In this document: piece after piece, positions 1 to 13,272 of the stretch
Layout: each line of letters opens with the position of its first letter
Position numbering within the stretch: the first letter of the stretch is position 1
NCBI RefSeq assembly: GCF_006345805.1
Contig: NW_021832994.1
Span: forward strand, 1-59,352
Length of the DNA: 59,352 nt
DNA from: Octopus sinensis
Taxonomy: Eukaryota
Direction of reading: 5' to 3'
Made by a program: the position numbers and the translations under genes
The notes under the pieces: model-generated
What the model saw: only the letters and a program-made list of their open reading frames with translations
The model's database searches: none
Told to the model about the DNA's origin: nothing

Positions 1-1334
1 AAATATATGTATGTTGTGAAAAGTCAGTGGAACTTAAGCTCTGTGTGTTGTGTGTTGCGTTGTGTGTTTGTGTGTGTGTGTGTGTGTGTGCGTGTGTGTG
101 TGTGTGTGTGTGCGTGTGTGTGTGCGTGTGTGTGTGCGTGTGTGTGTGTGTGTGTGTTGACCTACATAAGAAGTGGAGCACAAATAAACTAAGAGAGAGT
201 GGGTGGACATGTATAATGATATTAACTGATGATTGCTGGAAAGGAGGGATAGAGTGAGAGAGAGAGAGAGCGAGAGGGAAGGAAACAGAGGTGATGGCTG
301 CTAGTATAAATAATTAATGCTTACTAAGGCAAGGCAAAAGTATAATTGCTACAATGTCATCATATGTAGGCACAGGTACGACTGCGTCATAAGAAATTTG
401 CTTTCCAATTACATGGTTCCAGGTTCAATTCTACTGCATGGCACCAGGGGCAAATGTCTTCTTTTATAGCCCAAGGCTGACTAAAGCCTTGTGAGTAGAT
501 TTGGTAGGCAAAGCTGAAAAAAGCTTAGTAGCAAAATCAATAAAACGAGTCCAGTGAACTTGATGTGGGGAGTGGGAAGTCCTATGTTTTGGGTTTTGCT
601 GAGATGATGCAGACCCAACACCAGCTCTGACAGAAAGATAGATACATAGATAGATAAATAGATGGATAGATGGGTTAATGATGTGTATTTGTTTTTGGTT
701 TTCTGCTTGTTCCTCACCATTGACTGACACAGCTTTTACTTTTTTTGCTTAAGTTTGGTATTCAGTCTATTGCCCTCTTTTACTGGATCATTAATTTATA
801 AGTCGTAAACAAACTAAGTTGTTAAGTGTTGGTGTTGATGACGGGGCACAAATACAGTGAAAAGAACACACGCTTACTTTTGTGTGTGTGTGTGTGTGTA
901 TATATATATACACACACACACACACATATATTATACACACATATATACTATATATAATGTGTGTGTGCGTTTTGAAAAAAACAGTAGAAATGGATTTCTG
1001 ATAATTTTTCCCCTTTATTAATTAGATGTTTATAAATCATTAGGTGTTTATGAATGGTAAACACCTAATGAATTATAAACATCGAATTATTAAAGTGAAA
1101 AAATTGTCAGAAAATCCATTTCTATTCGGTTCTTTTTTGTTGTTTTCAAATATACAGAGTAGGTCAAAAGTCATAGACGAAATAAGATCAATACATTCTG
1201 GAATTGTCAAAGATATGCTTCAATTTTTCTAAAATTGTATAAAATTAATTAAAAAGTGATGAATATACACATGCTTGTGCATGATGACAAAATGAATCAT
1301 AATAATAATGTAATATAAATTAATATATATATGT

Positions 1335-1640
1335 GTGGCACGTAAAAAGCACCATCCGATCGTGGCTGTTGCCAGCCTCGCCTGGTCCCCATGCCGGTGG
1401 CACGTAAAAAGCACTACCTGACCGTGGCACGTAAAAAGCACCATCTGATCATGACCGTTGCCAGTCTTGCCTGGCCCCCGTGCCAGTGGCACGTAAAAAG
1501 GACCCACTACGCTCACGGAGTGGCTAGCATTAGGAAGGGCATCCAGCCGTAGAAACACTGCCAGATCAGACTGGGCCTGGTGCAGCCATCTGGCTTCACA
1601 GACCCCAGTTGGAAAGCGGACGCTAAATGATGATGATGAT
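1335..1640 (+). mobile_element. RTE 3'-end fragment; similar tails at about 8466-8615(+), 10800-10940(-), 16060-16260(+), 19600-19750(-), 35290-35480(+), 40190-40320(+)
   Basis: GGCACGTAAAAAGCAC...GGAAGGGCATCCAGCCGTAG...CGGACGCTAAATGATGATGATG, the reverse complement of the tails at 11651 and 48135. Confidence 0.8.
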
Positions 1641-2763
1641 GTGTGTGTGTGTGTGTATATATATATATGTATATATATACGTATAGAATAAAAGCACTAA
1701 TAATAACGAAGAAATAAAAGGACATTTTTATCAAAATCCTGATGAATTTTTTCTTAAAATATATATATTTGTATATACGTGTGCATATGAGTGTTTGTAT
1801 ATATATATATATTAGGTGAAAAAAAAATATATATAATATATGTGTGTGTATGTATAAATGTTTATATATATGCATATATGTATGTACGAAGGAGAGCTGA
1901 AAAGTTCCTGGTTTTAAGAGTATTGTGAAAGACCTGGTTGGGGGCCCAGCCTTCCGAGTTCTTTTACAGTGCCTAGAAAAACTGAAGGACTGCTGCAATA
2001 AGCGTGTGAATCTGAGAAGGAAATGTGTTGAATAAAATCATGATTAACAGACCCTCCTGTATTTTCTTTTACCAAAAGCCTGAATCTTTTCTTTACATCC
2101 CAGTATGTATGTATGTATGGATGGATGGATGGATGGATGGATGCATCCATGCATGTATATGTCTTCTCTTTTTATCTTTTACTTGTTTCAGTTATTAGAC
2201 TGGATTTCTAACAACCCTCCACACCAAGCAAACCTAGTGAGGGTGTAGGTTTTTATTCGCTGATGATCTGACCCTGCAACAGGTTGCACTGGATCCTATG
2301 TTACCAATGACATCAAATATATGTATATATAGTAGATGGACTTTAAATGATGATGATGATATATACATATGTGTGTGTGTGTATATATATATGAGCGTTA
2401 GACTATATACCAGAAATCCCTAGTTTGTCGGGTTCGTTCTGCGTCTGCGCAGTGATCTGATTAGTTAGAAAGAGCAAATTATTAGACGCACATGCGTCTA
2501 TCGAGTTGCGCTTCATAATAACAGGAATCTTACTGAAGAGCCTACCTGAGTAAATAAATATTATTTTTATGCTGAACAAGGCGAAACTGCAGTCTAAGAT
2601 GAACAGAGTTAGTAAAGTTTTTATCTTCATTTCACTAAATTTATCTAGCTTCTATGTTTCTAGTACATACTTCGCCCTTAATCTACTATATATGAATAAT
2701 ATATGGCCGGTGCTAGAAACACCAGCGATAATAATTAATTTTATTTTATCGCATTTTGAATTT

Positions 2764-2802
<39 letters not shown>

Positions 2803-3181
2803 AATGTATGCAGATATATATATATATGAACATGTATATAGATATATACATATATGTATGTGTGAGTGTATATCTACAATATATATATAATAGATCAGGA
2901 TTCAAGTGAATCAGGCACTTAAATGGTAAGGCACCAGGTTAGTTCAAAAAGTAAAATGTGTGTATAACAGAAATAGAGGGATACGTATGCAGGTACCGAC
3001 GTACAGGCAGGAAGATATGTATATGATTAACTGTACGTGACTGAGTATTTCATGAGTCCTGGGGCTAATCAAGAAATGCACACTGTATCAAATGTAAAGT
3101 GGTCCATAATATACTTTGGATTGACACAAGGAGCAGGTTTTAGGAGAGGTGAATAATGAATGGATAACAACAGACGTGTCC

Positions 3182-3265
3182 ATTCACAACAGCTGTTTCC
3201 AATGAATTTTAATTGATTAATGGAGACACTACCTCACGAGGAAAAAACGTTTTCATCAGGTAAAT
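3182..3265 (-). ncRNA. Type-I hammerhead-like motif (long stem-II insert)
   Basis: ATTTAC-CTGATGA-(53 nt)-GAA-ACAGCTGT-T-GTGAAT; stem I 6/6 with one GU, palindromic stem III; stem II poorly paired. Confidence 0.45.
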
Positions 3266-3312
3266 ATCTGAACCCGTTGGCATTTGAATGTTTTGCATGT
3301 TGTCGTTCATGT

Positions 3313-3398
3313 ATTCACCTGATGAAAATGGGTTTTTTCAAATGTTGCAATGTCTCCATTAATCAGTTAAGAATTTGTTGGAAACAGCTGTAGGGAAT
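3313..3398 (+). ncRNA. Type-I hammerhead-like motif (inverted partner of 3182-3265)
   Basis: ATTCAC-CTGATGA-(55 nt)-GAA-ACAGCTGT-A-GGGAAT; stem I 5/6, GUA triplet; stem II poorly paired. Confidence 0.45.
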
Positions 3399-3430
3399 TG
3401 ACACATTATCCATCTGTTGTTATTTTATTC

Positions 3431-3465
<35 letters not shown>

Positions 3466-5891
3466 TGCATACATGCACTTATATATATGTGCTTTGTTTG
3501 GGCTGAGGCTATCATAGAAGACATTTGTCCAAGGTGCCATGCAGTGGGTCTGAATCCAAGGCCATATGATTGGGAAGCAAGCTTCTTAAGTTCACAGCAG
3601 TGCCTGAGCCTATAGACAAATAGAAAAGTTTGCCTATGGACAATGAGTACTTAATAAACTAAGACGTTGTATATTTGTTATAATGTCTAAATATGAATGA
3701 ATGAGTAATATTTGGTGAAATATAGCTTAGTATGCAGTTTTATTTTGTTGAAAACTGAAAGTAAATTGTCGTTGAAACTTGGAAATAAATTGCAACAGAA
3801 ACTGGAAGTAACAACGGTGACATCTGAAAATAAGAACATAGAAGACGTTTACTATGACACATGTATAATCCCCAAGAAGTATAGCAGCTTCTAGTGGTGT
3901 GTTAGACATTTCAGAAATAGCAGCTGAAGTACAATGTTTCTAACTACTGTACTCAGTATTGAAGAACATCTCTGAAAAAGGCTATTCAGTGGTTTGCATG
4001 TTGCTAGATGACAGCCAACTCAGTTACATATATGAGCATTGCAATAACCCTGCCCAATTAATGAATTCTTGTAGAGAAAGAACTAATTGGAAACGGTGGT
4101 ATTGTTCTTGCGGATTCACTAGGAGTATATGAGCCGAAGGTCCTCCCTATGGCTTTAAATTGCATCCAGTAGTGGGGACCTGGTATGGGTGTTCCATGGT
4201 TTTGAGGAGTGTGGAACCACCTCCTATCCACTACTGTTCTCAGATCTTATCTGACTTGAGAGTCATAACATCTGTCGGGATCCCAGCAATGGGTTAATTA
4301 AGCATGGTATGTTGAAATCTTGAGATGCAGCATGGTGGATGTGAAACATTTCAGCAAATGAACTCATCCAATCAGTAATAAATATCACCAGATGTAGAGT
4401 GGATGAACAGACATCAAAGTGTCAATGACCAGGATCAACCAGTTCAGATGGTGAACTATTGCTATCATCTGTATTCATGGTGTGTGCAGATAAGATATTT
4501 AGCTAGCAAAAGACCACCAATGTGACTAAAACCTAAGCCAGATGTTCATGCTGCATCACTTGATCAAGACATCTGTTATAGGAGGTTAACATTTGTATTG
4601 GCAAGTCACACAACATGAATGGATGGATGATAAGAGCCAATTCTGTTATTGAAAAGAACCATTTGACTCTACTGACAATAATTCAGCAGATGTATATGTC
4701 AGTAAAAGACTTCTGGTTTCTGTTGCAATTTAGTTTCACTTTTTCTAAATTGGTAAGTAAACTGCATGTTAACCCAATCACACAGCACACACATGCTCTA
4801 CATAGCTATCTTGTATCTTTGGTGTCATGTGTTGCATAAGAACTATTGCGATATGTTTGGCAACAAAGACCTAGTTCTGATTCTCAAAGTCTGGGGAATC
4901 AAGAATACATTTTGACTCACAGCAGTTTCTAACTTTCTTTGTAGCTCAGGTGAAAGTCATTATGGCATTTTGCCCCACATCTAGGATGATGCAGCTGCTA
5001 AACTCACACACACACACACAGATATGTGTGTGTGTGTGTGTGTAATATAATATGTACATACATTAGGCGTGACTGTATGGTGAAGAAGCTTGCTTCTCAG
5101 CCATGTGATCTTGCTTTGGTCCTACTGTGTGGTACCTTGGGCAATTGTCTTCATAGTGGATTTGGTAGGTGGAAACTAAAAGAAGCCCATTGTGTACATA
5201 CATAATGAATGTATCTATATCTATCTATATATATATATATATTTGCATATATATGTACGTAATATTTGTGTCTCTGTTTGTCGCTCAATGACCCTAAACA
5301 ACTAGTGTTTGTTTCTTTATATTCTTGTAATTTATTGGTTCAGTGAAACAGTGAAACAGATCAATAGCATTTAAAAAAAAACAGTACTGGGGTCAACTGA
5401 ACCCTTCGAGGCAGTGCCCCAGCATGGTCACAGTACAATGATTGAAATGAGCAAGTGATAGAATATATAACATGTGAAAGTGATTTCTTAAGCAACTCTA
5501 CAGAACATAGACATTACATACGTACTACTATGGCTGCTAGCTCCGGCACCAAACGTGACGAACATAAATTGCTACCTTCAATAGCTTGAAAATTTAGCTC
5601 ACATATCTCCAGCTCTATTTACCAAGAATCGCAGTACCGATTTAGACCTGCATTCCTAAGAGATACGCATACACACAGCTTGTTATGTTGTTTACTTTTA
5701 GAAAGCTATGTGACCTTATCATTTTACAGTTCTTCTCACTCGCTCCTATCTCTAGCACCCCCTGTCTTTCTTTCACTCTCTCCCTCTCTATCTATTTATC
5801 TATCTTTCTACCTATCTATCTATCTTTCTATATGTCTATCTGATGATGTACTTACGTACTGAGACATGTATACATGTATGTATGTATGTGC

Positions 5892-5925
<34 letters not shown>

Positions 5926-5944
5926 TATATACATACATATTTAC

Positions 5945-6328
5945 CCTTTTACTCTTTTACTTGTTTCAGTCTTTTGACTGTGACCATGCTGGAACACCGC
6001 CTTTAGTCAACCAAATCGACCCCAGAACTTATTCTTTGTAACCCTAGAACTTATTCTATCAGTCTCTTTTGCCAAACTGCTAAGTTACAGGGACGTAAAC
6101 ACACCATCATCGGTTGTCAAGCGATATTGGGGGGACAAACACACACACACACACACACATACATATATACATATATACGACGGGCTTCTTTCAGTTTCCA
6201 TCTACCAAATCCACTCACAAGGCTTTGGTCAGCCCGAGGCTATAGCAAAAGGTGCCATGCAGTGGGACTGAACCCGGAACCATGTGGATCGTAAACAAGC
6301 TACTTACTACACAGCCACTCCTACGCCT
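5945..6328 (-). mobile_element. tRNA-derived SINE family 1, near-complete copy
   Basis: Minus strand TGGCTGTGTAG (box A) ... GGTTCAGTCC (box B), conserved body, internal microsatellite and tail GACTGAAACAAGTAAAAG. Other copies at about 368-520, 3490-3612, 5065-5465, 6575-6900, 13010-13400, 15100-15240, 19050-19365, 20525-20690, 21848-22015, 33985-34270 and 36193-36325. Confidence 0.75.
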
Positions 6329-6478
6329 ATATATTTACATACATAAATGTATATGTATATATTATATTTATATATATATATAATATGTATATGTTATATC
6401 TATTTTATATATATATTACAATCATATATATGTATATGCATATATATATATGTTTGTGTATGTATGTATGTGTATTTG

Positions 6479-6524
<46 letters not shown>

Positions 6525-6899
6525 GTGTGTGGTGTGTGTGGTATGTATATAAGTATATGTATATGTATGTATGTGGGTTCAGTCTCACTGCATGGCACCA
6601 CCTTGGGCAAAAGTCTTCTACTATAGTCTTCGACTGACTAAAGCTGTGTGAGTGGATTTGGTAGACGGAAGCTGAAAGAAGTTCATCGTATATACGTACA
6701 TATGCATATGTGTGATAATATTTGTGTATCTATGTTTGCCCTGCAACCATCGCTTGACAACCGATCTGGTGTGTTTACATCCCTGTAACTTAAAAGTTTG
6801 GTAAAGAGATGAATAGAATAAGTACTAGGCTTTCAAAGAATAAGTCCTGGGGTCAATTTGCTTGACTAAAGGTGGTGCTCCAGCATGACTGAAACAATA

Positions 6900-7298
6900 A
6901 AAGAATGTATATATTCTATATATATATATATATATTGTACATATATGTGTATATATGTACATATATGTGTATATATGTACATATATGTGTATATATGTGT
7001 ATATATGTATATTATGTGTATATATGTGTATATATGTATATTTGTATATATATGTATATATGTATATATATGTATATATGTGTATTATGTATATATATGT
7101 GTATATATATATGAATATATATGTATATGTATAAATATATATGCATGTATATGTATGTTATATTGCATATATATATATGCATGTATATGTATGTATATAT
7201 GCATATATATATATATATATGTGTGTGTGTGTATATATGTATGTATCTATATATATATATAGTATATATACAAATGATATATATGTATTATATATATG

Positions 7299-7329
<31 letters not shown>

Positions 7330-7474
7330 GTGTTATAGATGTTATATATATATATATTTATACATGTATATATATATGTATATATATATATATTATATAT
7401 GTATATAAATATATATATATATATAGTGTATATAATATTATATATATATGTATATATATATATATATGTATATA

Positions 7475-7514
<40 letters not shown>

Positions 7515-7735
7515 CTATGCATGTATATATATATATATGCTTGTATATATATATATATGCATGTATAATATAATATATATATGTATATATATATATATGT
7601 ATATATATCTATTATATATATATATATATATATAATATTATATATAATGCATGTATATATATATATATGCTTGTATACATATATATATATGCATGTATAT
7701 ATATATATATGCATATATGTATATATATATATATG
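6900..7735. repeat. Very long compound (TA)n/(TATG)n microsatellite
   Basis: About 830 bp almost entirely TA/TG; source of the spurious poly-IY ORFs. Confidence 0.95.
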
Positions 7736-8270
7736 AATTTTTGCATAATGAGATAAAAAAAAAACAAGGGTGTATAGATATTAGAGCATTTATAGATAGG
7801 TCTTACAGCTGTTTCGAGGATATTAATTAATAATATCCCTTCATCGGAGATGGTGTGAGAGGAAAATTAAGTCATAGTTTTGATGTGATACAAAATAGAG
7901 AGTGAGGTGGAGGAAAGAAAATAGATGTAAGATATGTATGGGTATTGAAGTTGTAAATCCATTTTTAGGCATAGTGGTATATATGCAATATTCCAATATC
8001 CTTTGAGTAAAATCCAAAAGTCCAACAGGGTTTAATATGAGTCCATCCAAATATAGAGTTTATAAGCAATGTAAGATTCTCTTAAAGTTGGTCATTCCCA
8101 GTAGTGAATTTATATAGAATGTAGCAGATTCGAGGTTTGTGTTTAAACTATCCGATGAAGGGATATAATTAATAAATATCCTAGAAACAGCTGTAAGACC
8201 TTCTATCTATAAATATTCTAATATCTATACAGCCTTGGTTTTTTTATCTCATTATGCAAAAATTCATATA
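7731..8270. mobile_element. Fold-back element with about 118-bp inverted arms (PLE pLTR-like), each with a hammerhead-like core
   Basis: Arms about 7731-7848 and 8151-8270 are reverse complements; each has CCGATGA-A-GGGATAT..ATATCCT-N-GAA-ACAGCTGT-A. Confidence 0.65.
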
Positions 8271-8964
8271 TACACACACTGACACAGAACCAACGTTGAA
8301 CCTTTTATTCGCAATATTACCGAATCTGGAACTTAACTATGGTCTGTCTATAGCACTTTTTCAGCATTACCTGGTACCTTTGGGTCTCAATGACACCATT
8401 ATCTCTAATAACCTCAACTTCTCGCTAATATATGTATATATGTATATATATATGTATATATATATATCTGGAGTGGTTGGCGTTAGGAAGGGCATCCAGC
8501 CGTAGAAACACTGCCAGATCTGACTGGGCCTGACGAAGCCTTCCAGCTTCACAGACCCCAGTTGAACCGTCCAACCCATGCTAGCATGGAAAGCGGATGC
8601 TAAATGATGATGATGATATATATATATATATAATATATACGAAAGAAGGTTTGAAAATGCAATTTTAAATGATGTTTATTTACTTACCGGTTTCACTCTT
8701 TGGAAAAAGATTGTCAAAAGTAACATGTAGAAGTTTGGTTGAGTTAATTATTGATTGTTACAAAATGCTACATTACATATATACAGTCTTTGGTAACAAA
8801 GACATGTTAAGGACATAAAAAAGTTTAACAAGTTCCTTAAAATATTGGCCACAAAAGTTTACAACATAAATATACATTCTCAAGAACATGTTAAAGATAG
8901 TTTCCAGAAGGAATTATTAAAAGTTCAGAGGGATATTGGTATTGGTATTGTATCTGTATATTCA

Positions 8965-9481
8965 GATATATATGCATTTATGTATATATATATGCATTTA
9001 TGTATACATATATGCATATATATATATGTATGTATGTATATATATGGTATGTATATATATATATATAATATATATATATACATATATACATATATGCATA
9101 TATATATATACATATATATATACCGGAATAAACACATAAATGTGAAACAAGGTGGAAAAAGAGTACTCAATACCAGGGTAGATGTATATACTTTATTTAA
9201 AAGCAGCAGAAAATTCAACAAAACCTGTTACTCTGAGTCTCACGTTCCTGTTCGTCGGACAGTTTTATTTATATATATATATATATATAATATATATGCA
9301 TAAATGTGTATATATATATATGCATAAATGTGTATATATATATGCATAAATATATGTATAGATGTATGTATATATATATATATATGTATGTATATATATG
9401 CATATATGTATATATATGTATGTATTATATATATGCATATATGTATATATATATGCATATATGTATATATATATATATGCA

Positions 9482-9514
<33 letters not shown>

Positions 9515-9636
9515 GCATATATATATGTTTATATATGTATATATATATATATATATATGCATATATATATATATGCATATATATATATGCATATATATAT
9601 GCATATATATATATATATTATATATATTATATATAC

Positions 9637-9687
<51 letters not shown>

Positions 9688-9710
9688 TATATGCATATAT
9701 GTATATATAA
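8965..9710. repeat. Two compound (TA)n/(TATATGCA)-type tracts separated by a 9125-9270 spacer
   Basis: Direct inspection. Confidence 0.9.
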
Positions 9711-11650
9711 AATTAGTTTTAGAGACAGAACCACCTTCAATCAAAACTGAAAGGTTTTATACCCGACCACTCCATAAAATGTTAAATCTTAAATCTTATA
9801 CTAACTATATTTATTCTGAATCCCGTATTTTCTGTTTATAAAACTAAACGTGTTTCATGACTGTACATCGGTATTAATTAGATATGAGGTATCTAGTTTC
9901 AATACTTATTCGGGTCGACATACTTCCAATCTTCAGGTCTGGATTCCTTAACATTTTTCCCTACCCCTACCATGATAGTCTATATCTTCAATATAATCTT
10001 ACTTAACATATAGAAATTAATAGAAATACAAATAATAAATAAAAATAAATACAAATAATAAATAAAAATAAATACAAATAATAAATAAAAATAAATACAA
10101 ATAATAAATAAAAATAATAACTGAATATTTAAAATTTTAAGGAAAAACTATTCAAAGAATAAACATTTAAGGAAAATATTTAAGGAGAAAAAAAAACTGA
10201 ACAAAACCCATTTCGTATGTGTGTGTTACCCTTTCCTTGTTTTGACATTATGTGATATTTATAAAGCAACTATCACTGTGTGTGACAAGAAGGGTCATTC
10301 ATTTTCATTATTCTGCTGGAACATGTTCTGGCTATATGGAAACACGTGAGGTTTGGCAACTGGATAGGCATCTGGCCTTAGAAATCTGCTTTAATAAACT
10401 GTCCGACCCATGCAAGCATCAAAATGTGGATGTTAAAATGATGATGATTGTGACGAAGGTGTGTGTGTGTGTGTGTGTGTGTATGCATACACATATACAA
10501 TCAGATCAGATGTCTATGTGTGTATGTGTGCAATATATTTCTCTTGTAGGAGATACAGCACACCTGCTGTGCCATCCCACCACTGCAGACATCAAAGTTA
10601 TCTGTTAATTTGTTTTTCCTTTAGGTGTTTATGCTCAAAACTTGCATATAGAAGGAATGCACCAATACACGTGTGCATAAAAAAAAAATTTCATATCTGT
10701 CTGTCTGTCTATCCATCTATCCACCTATATAAAAAATATGCATAAATATATAGAGATATATTCATATATGCCTGCATATACATTTGCATACACACACACA
10801 TATCATCATCATTGTTTAATGCCCATTTTCTATGTTGGCATGGGTTAGACGGTTTGACAGGAGCTGGCAAGCCTGAGGGTTGCACCAGGCTTCACTGTCT
10901 GTTTTGGCAGGGATTCCATTGTTGGATGCCCTTCCTAACACCAACCCCCATATATACACGTTCACACACACACATATGATTATAATTAGGCATACACCCT
11001 TGTGTTTAGAAACACTGTTTTTGTCTGTTGTACATACCTGTACTTCGAGATAGACATATGAGGCATGAAATCATGTAAACAACAAACAAGAGACAAGATA
11101 AATTAAAAACATTTTAGTTTCATGCATAAAGAAATAGAAATATCCTAACATTTTGGACAAGGCAGAAAGTTGTCTGAGTTGTTAGTGCCTTCCACAAAAG
11201 ACTGTAATATTTCTTCCAATTCTATGCTTTTTGTATTCAAATTTTGTTTTTGAAGGAAGAGGTGTGGCTGTGTTGTAAGAAGTTTCCTTCCTGACTACAT
11301 AGTTCCAGGTTCAGTCCCACTAATACACACACACACACACATGCACACTCACATACACACATACATACATACACTAATACATGCTTAGTATCATACACAC
11401 AAAAACACAATACAGTAACAGACCAGTTATTGAGTAAGCTTTAGATCAGAAATGTCCTGGGCTTCTCGATTTTATGCTTTTCTGGATACAGCCTAAATAT
11501 ATACTTAAAATATACAGTAATGTATGATTATTGTGGAGGAGCTTAAAATCCACCAAACTGTACCACGAATACAGTATATTGTTTATAGGATGAAAATTAA
11601 ACAAAGAAATGTAAACAGGATGATTTTATTTAATAGACACAGGTAGAAAT

Positions 11651-12540
11651 CATCATCATCGTTTAACGTCCGCTTTCCATGCTAGCATGGGTTGGACGGT
11701 TCAACTGGAGTCTGGCAAGCCCGAGGCTGCACCAGGCCAGTCAGATCTGGCAGTGTTTCTACAGCTGGATGCCCTTCCTAACGCCAACCACTCCGAGAGT
11801 GTAGTGGGTGATTTTATGTGCCACCGACACAGTGCCAGACGAGGCTGGCAGACGGCCATGCTCGGATGGTGTTTTTATGTGCCACCGACACAGGTGCCAG
11901 ACGAGGCTGGCTGACGGCCACGCTCGGATGGTGTTTTCTTATGTGTCACCGACACAGGTGCCAGACGGGGCTGGCGGACGGCCACGCTCGGATGGTGTTT
12001 GTTACGTGCCCTCAGCACGGAGGCCAGTCGTTGCGGTACTGGCTACGATCACGTTCGGATGGTTTTCTTATGTGCCACCGGCACTGGTACCACAAGGATA
12101 CAAATTCCATTGATGTTCATCTATTTTGATTTGGTTCGATTCGATTTGATTTGATTCGATTCGATTCTCACTTGCCTCAACAGGTCTTCACAAGTGTCAC
12201 AAGAAGGAAGGTATGCACAGGTGGACTGACTACGTCCCAGTAGGGGCCCGGATTATGGCTTCACTAGTCTTGCCGGGTCTTCTCCGCACAGCATACTTCC
12301 ATAGGTCGCGGTCTCTAGTCATTTCCATGGTGAGACCTAACGTCCGAAGGTCGTGCTTCACCACTTCGTCCCAGGTTTTCCTGGGTCTACCTTTTCCACG
12401 GGTTCCCTCAACTGCTAGGGATTGGCACTTTCTCACACACCTATCTTCATCCATTCTCGCCACATGACCATACCAGCGCAATCGTCTCTCTTGCACACAA
12501 CAACTGATGCTTCTTAGGTACAACATTTCTCTCAAGGTAC
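11651..12540 (-). mobile_element. RTE-clade LINE, 5'-truncated (ORF C-terminus, 3' UTR, (GAT)n tail)
   Basis: Minus ORF RRLRWYGHVARMDEDRCVRK...GRPRKTWDEVVKHDL is a typical RTE C-terminus; the 3' UTR has about 61-bp tandem units and a (CAT)n tail on the plus strand. Confidence 0.9.
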
Positions 12541-13236
12541 TAACGCTCTGTCAAGTAATTCTAAAAGAGACTATCTTTATCAATCCATTTAAAAAGATAA
12601 AAACCAAAACTGTTTTTTAACACATTCTATGCACATTAACCAACTTCAAAAACAGGGTGTGTTTATTTAACACAGGGTAAAGGATACTGCATGATATTAC
12701 ATGATATTCCAGGATTTGTGGAAATTTCAGAATTCTGGAAGCTGGATAATTGGTCTGGTACAGTATTCCTGTGTCTCCACTGCCTCTGCAAAAAGCTGAA
12801 AAGAAACAAAAACACCCACACTCACATATTCAACTTATACTCTGACACACACACACACACAGACATACCTAACATTACTAAGATAACATAAAGAAGCGAA
12901 AATATGTTACGTATTTCTTTATCAGAACACACACACTCACATAAGGAGACGCACATACATGTGCACATGTATACATACACACACATACATATGTTTGTGT
13001 ACGTACATTGTTTCATCTTCTGTTTGTTTCAGTCACTGGACTGTGACCATGCTACGGCACTGCCTTGGGGGGCGGGGAGGGGGGCGTTAAGTCAAGCAAA
13101 TTAACTCCAGCATTTCCTTTTTGTTTTGTGCTTGATATTTACTCTATTGGTCTCTTTCTGCTGAACTGCTAAGTTATGGGAACACAGGCCAACACTGGTT
13201 GTCAAGTAGTGGTGGTGGACTAACTCAAACACGCGT

Positions 13237-13272
<36 letters not shown>

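Noticed and set aside
2250-2290. LFADDLTL as an RT active-site remnant
   Set aside because: Too short, with no collinear flanking RT motifs recognisable.
6347-9841. Many long poly-IY/VC/HT ORFs in the ORF track (also at 7-257, 32304-33615, 41317-41706, 54430-54855)
   Set aside because: They are translations of TA, TG and CA microsatellites, which lack stop codons in some frames.
9885-9945. Minus-strand CTGAAGA...GAAAC as a hammerhead
   Set aside because: No convincing stem I, II or III, and no NUH in register.
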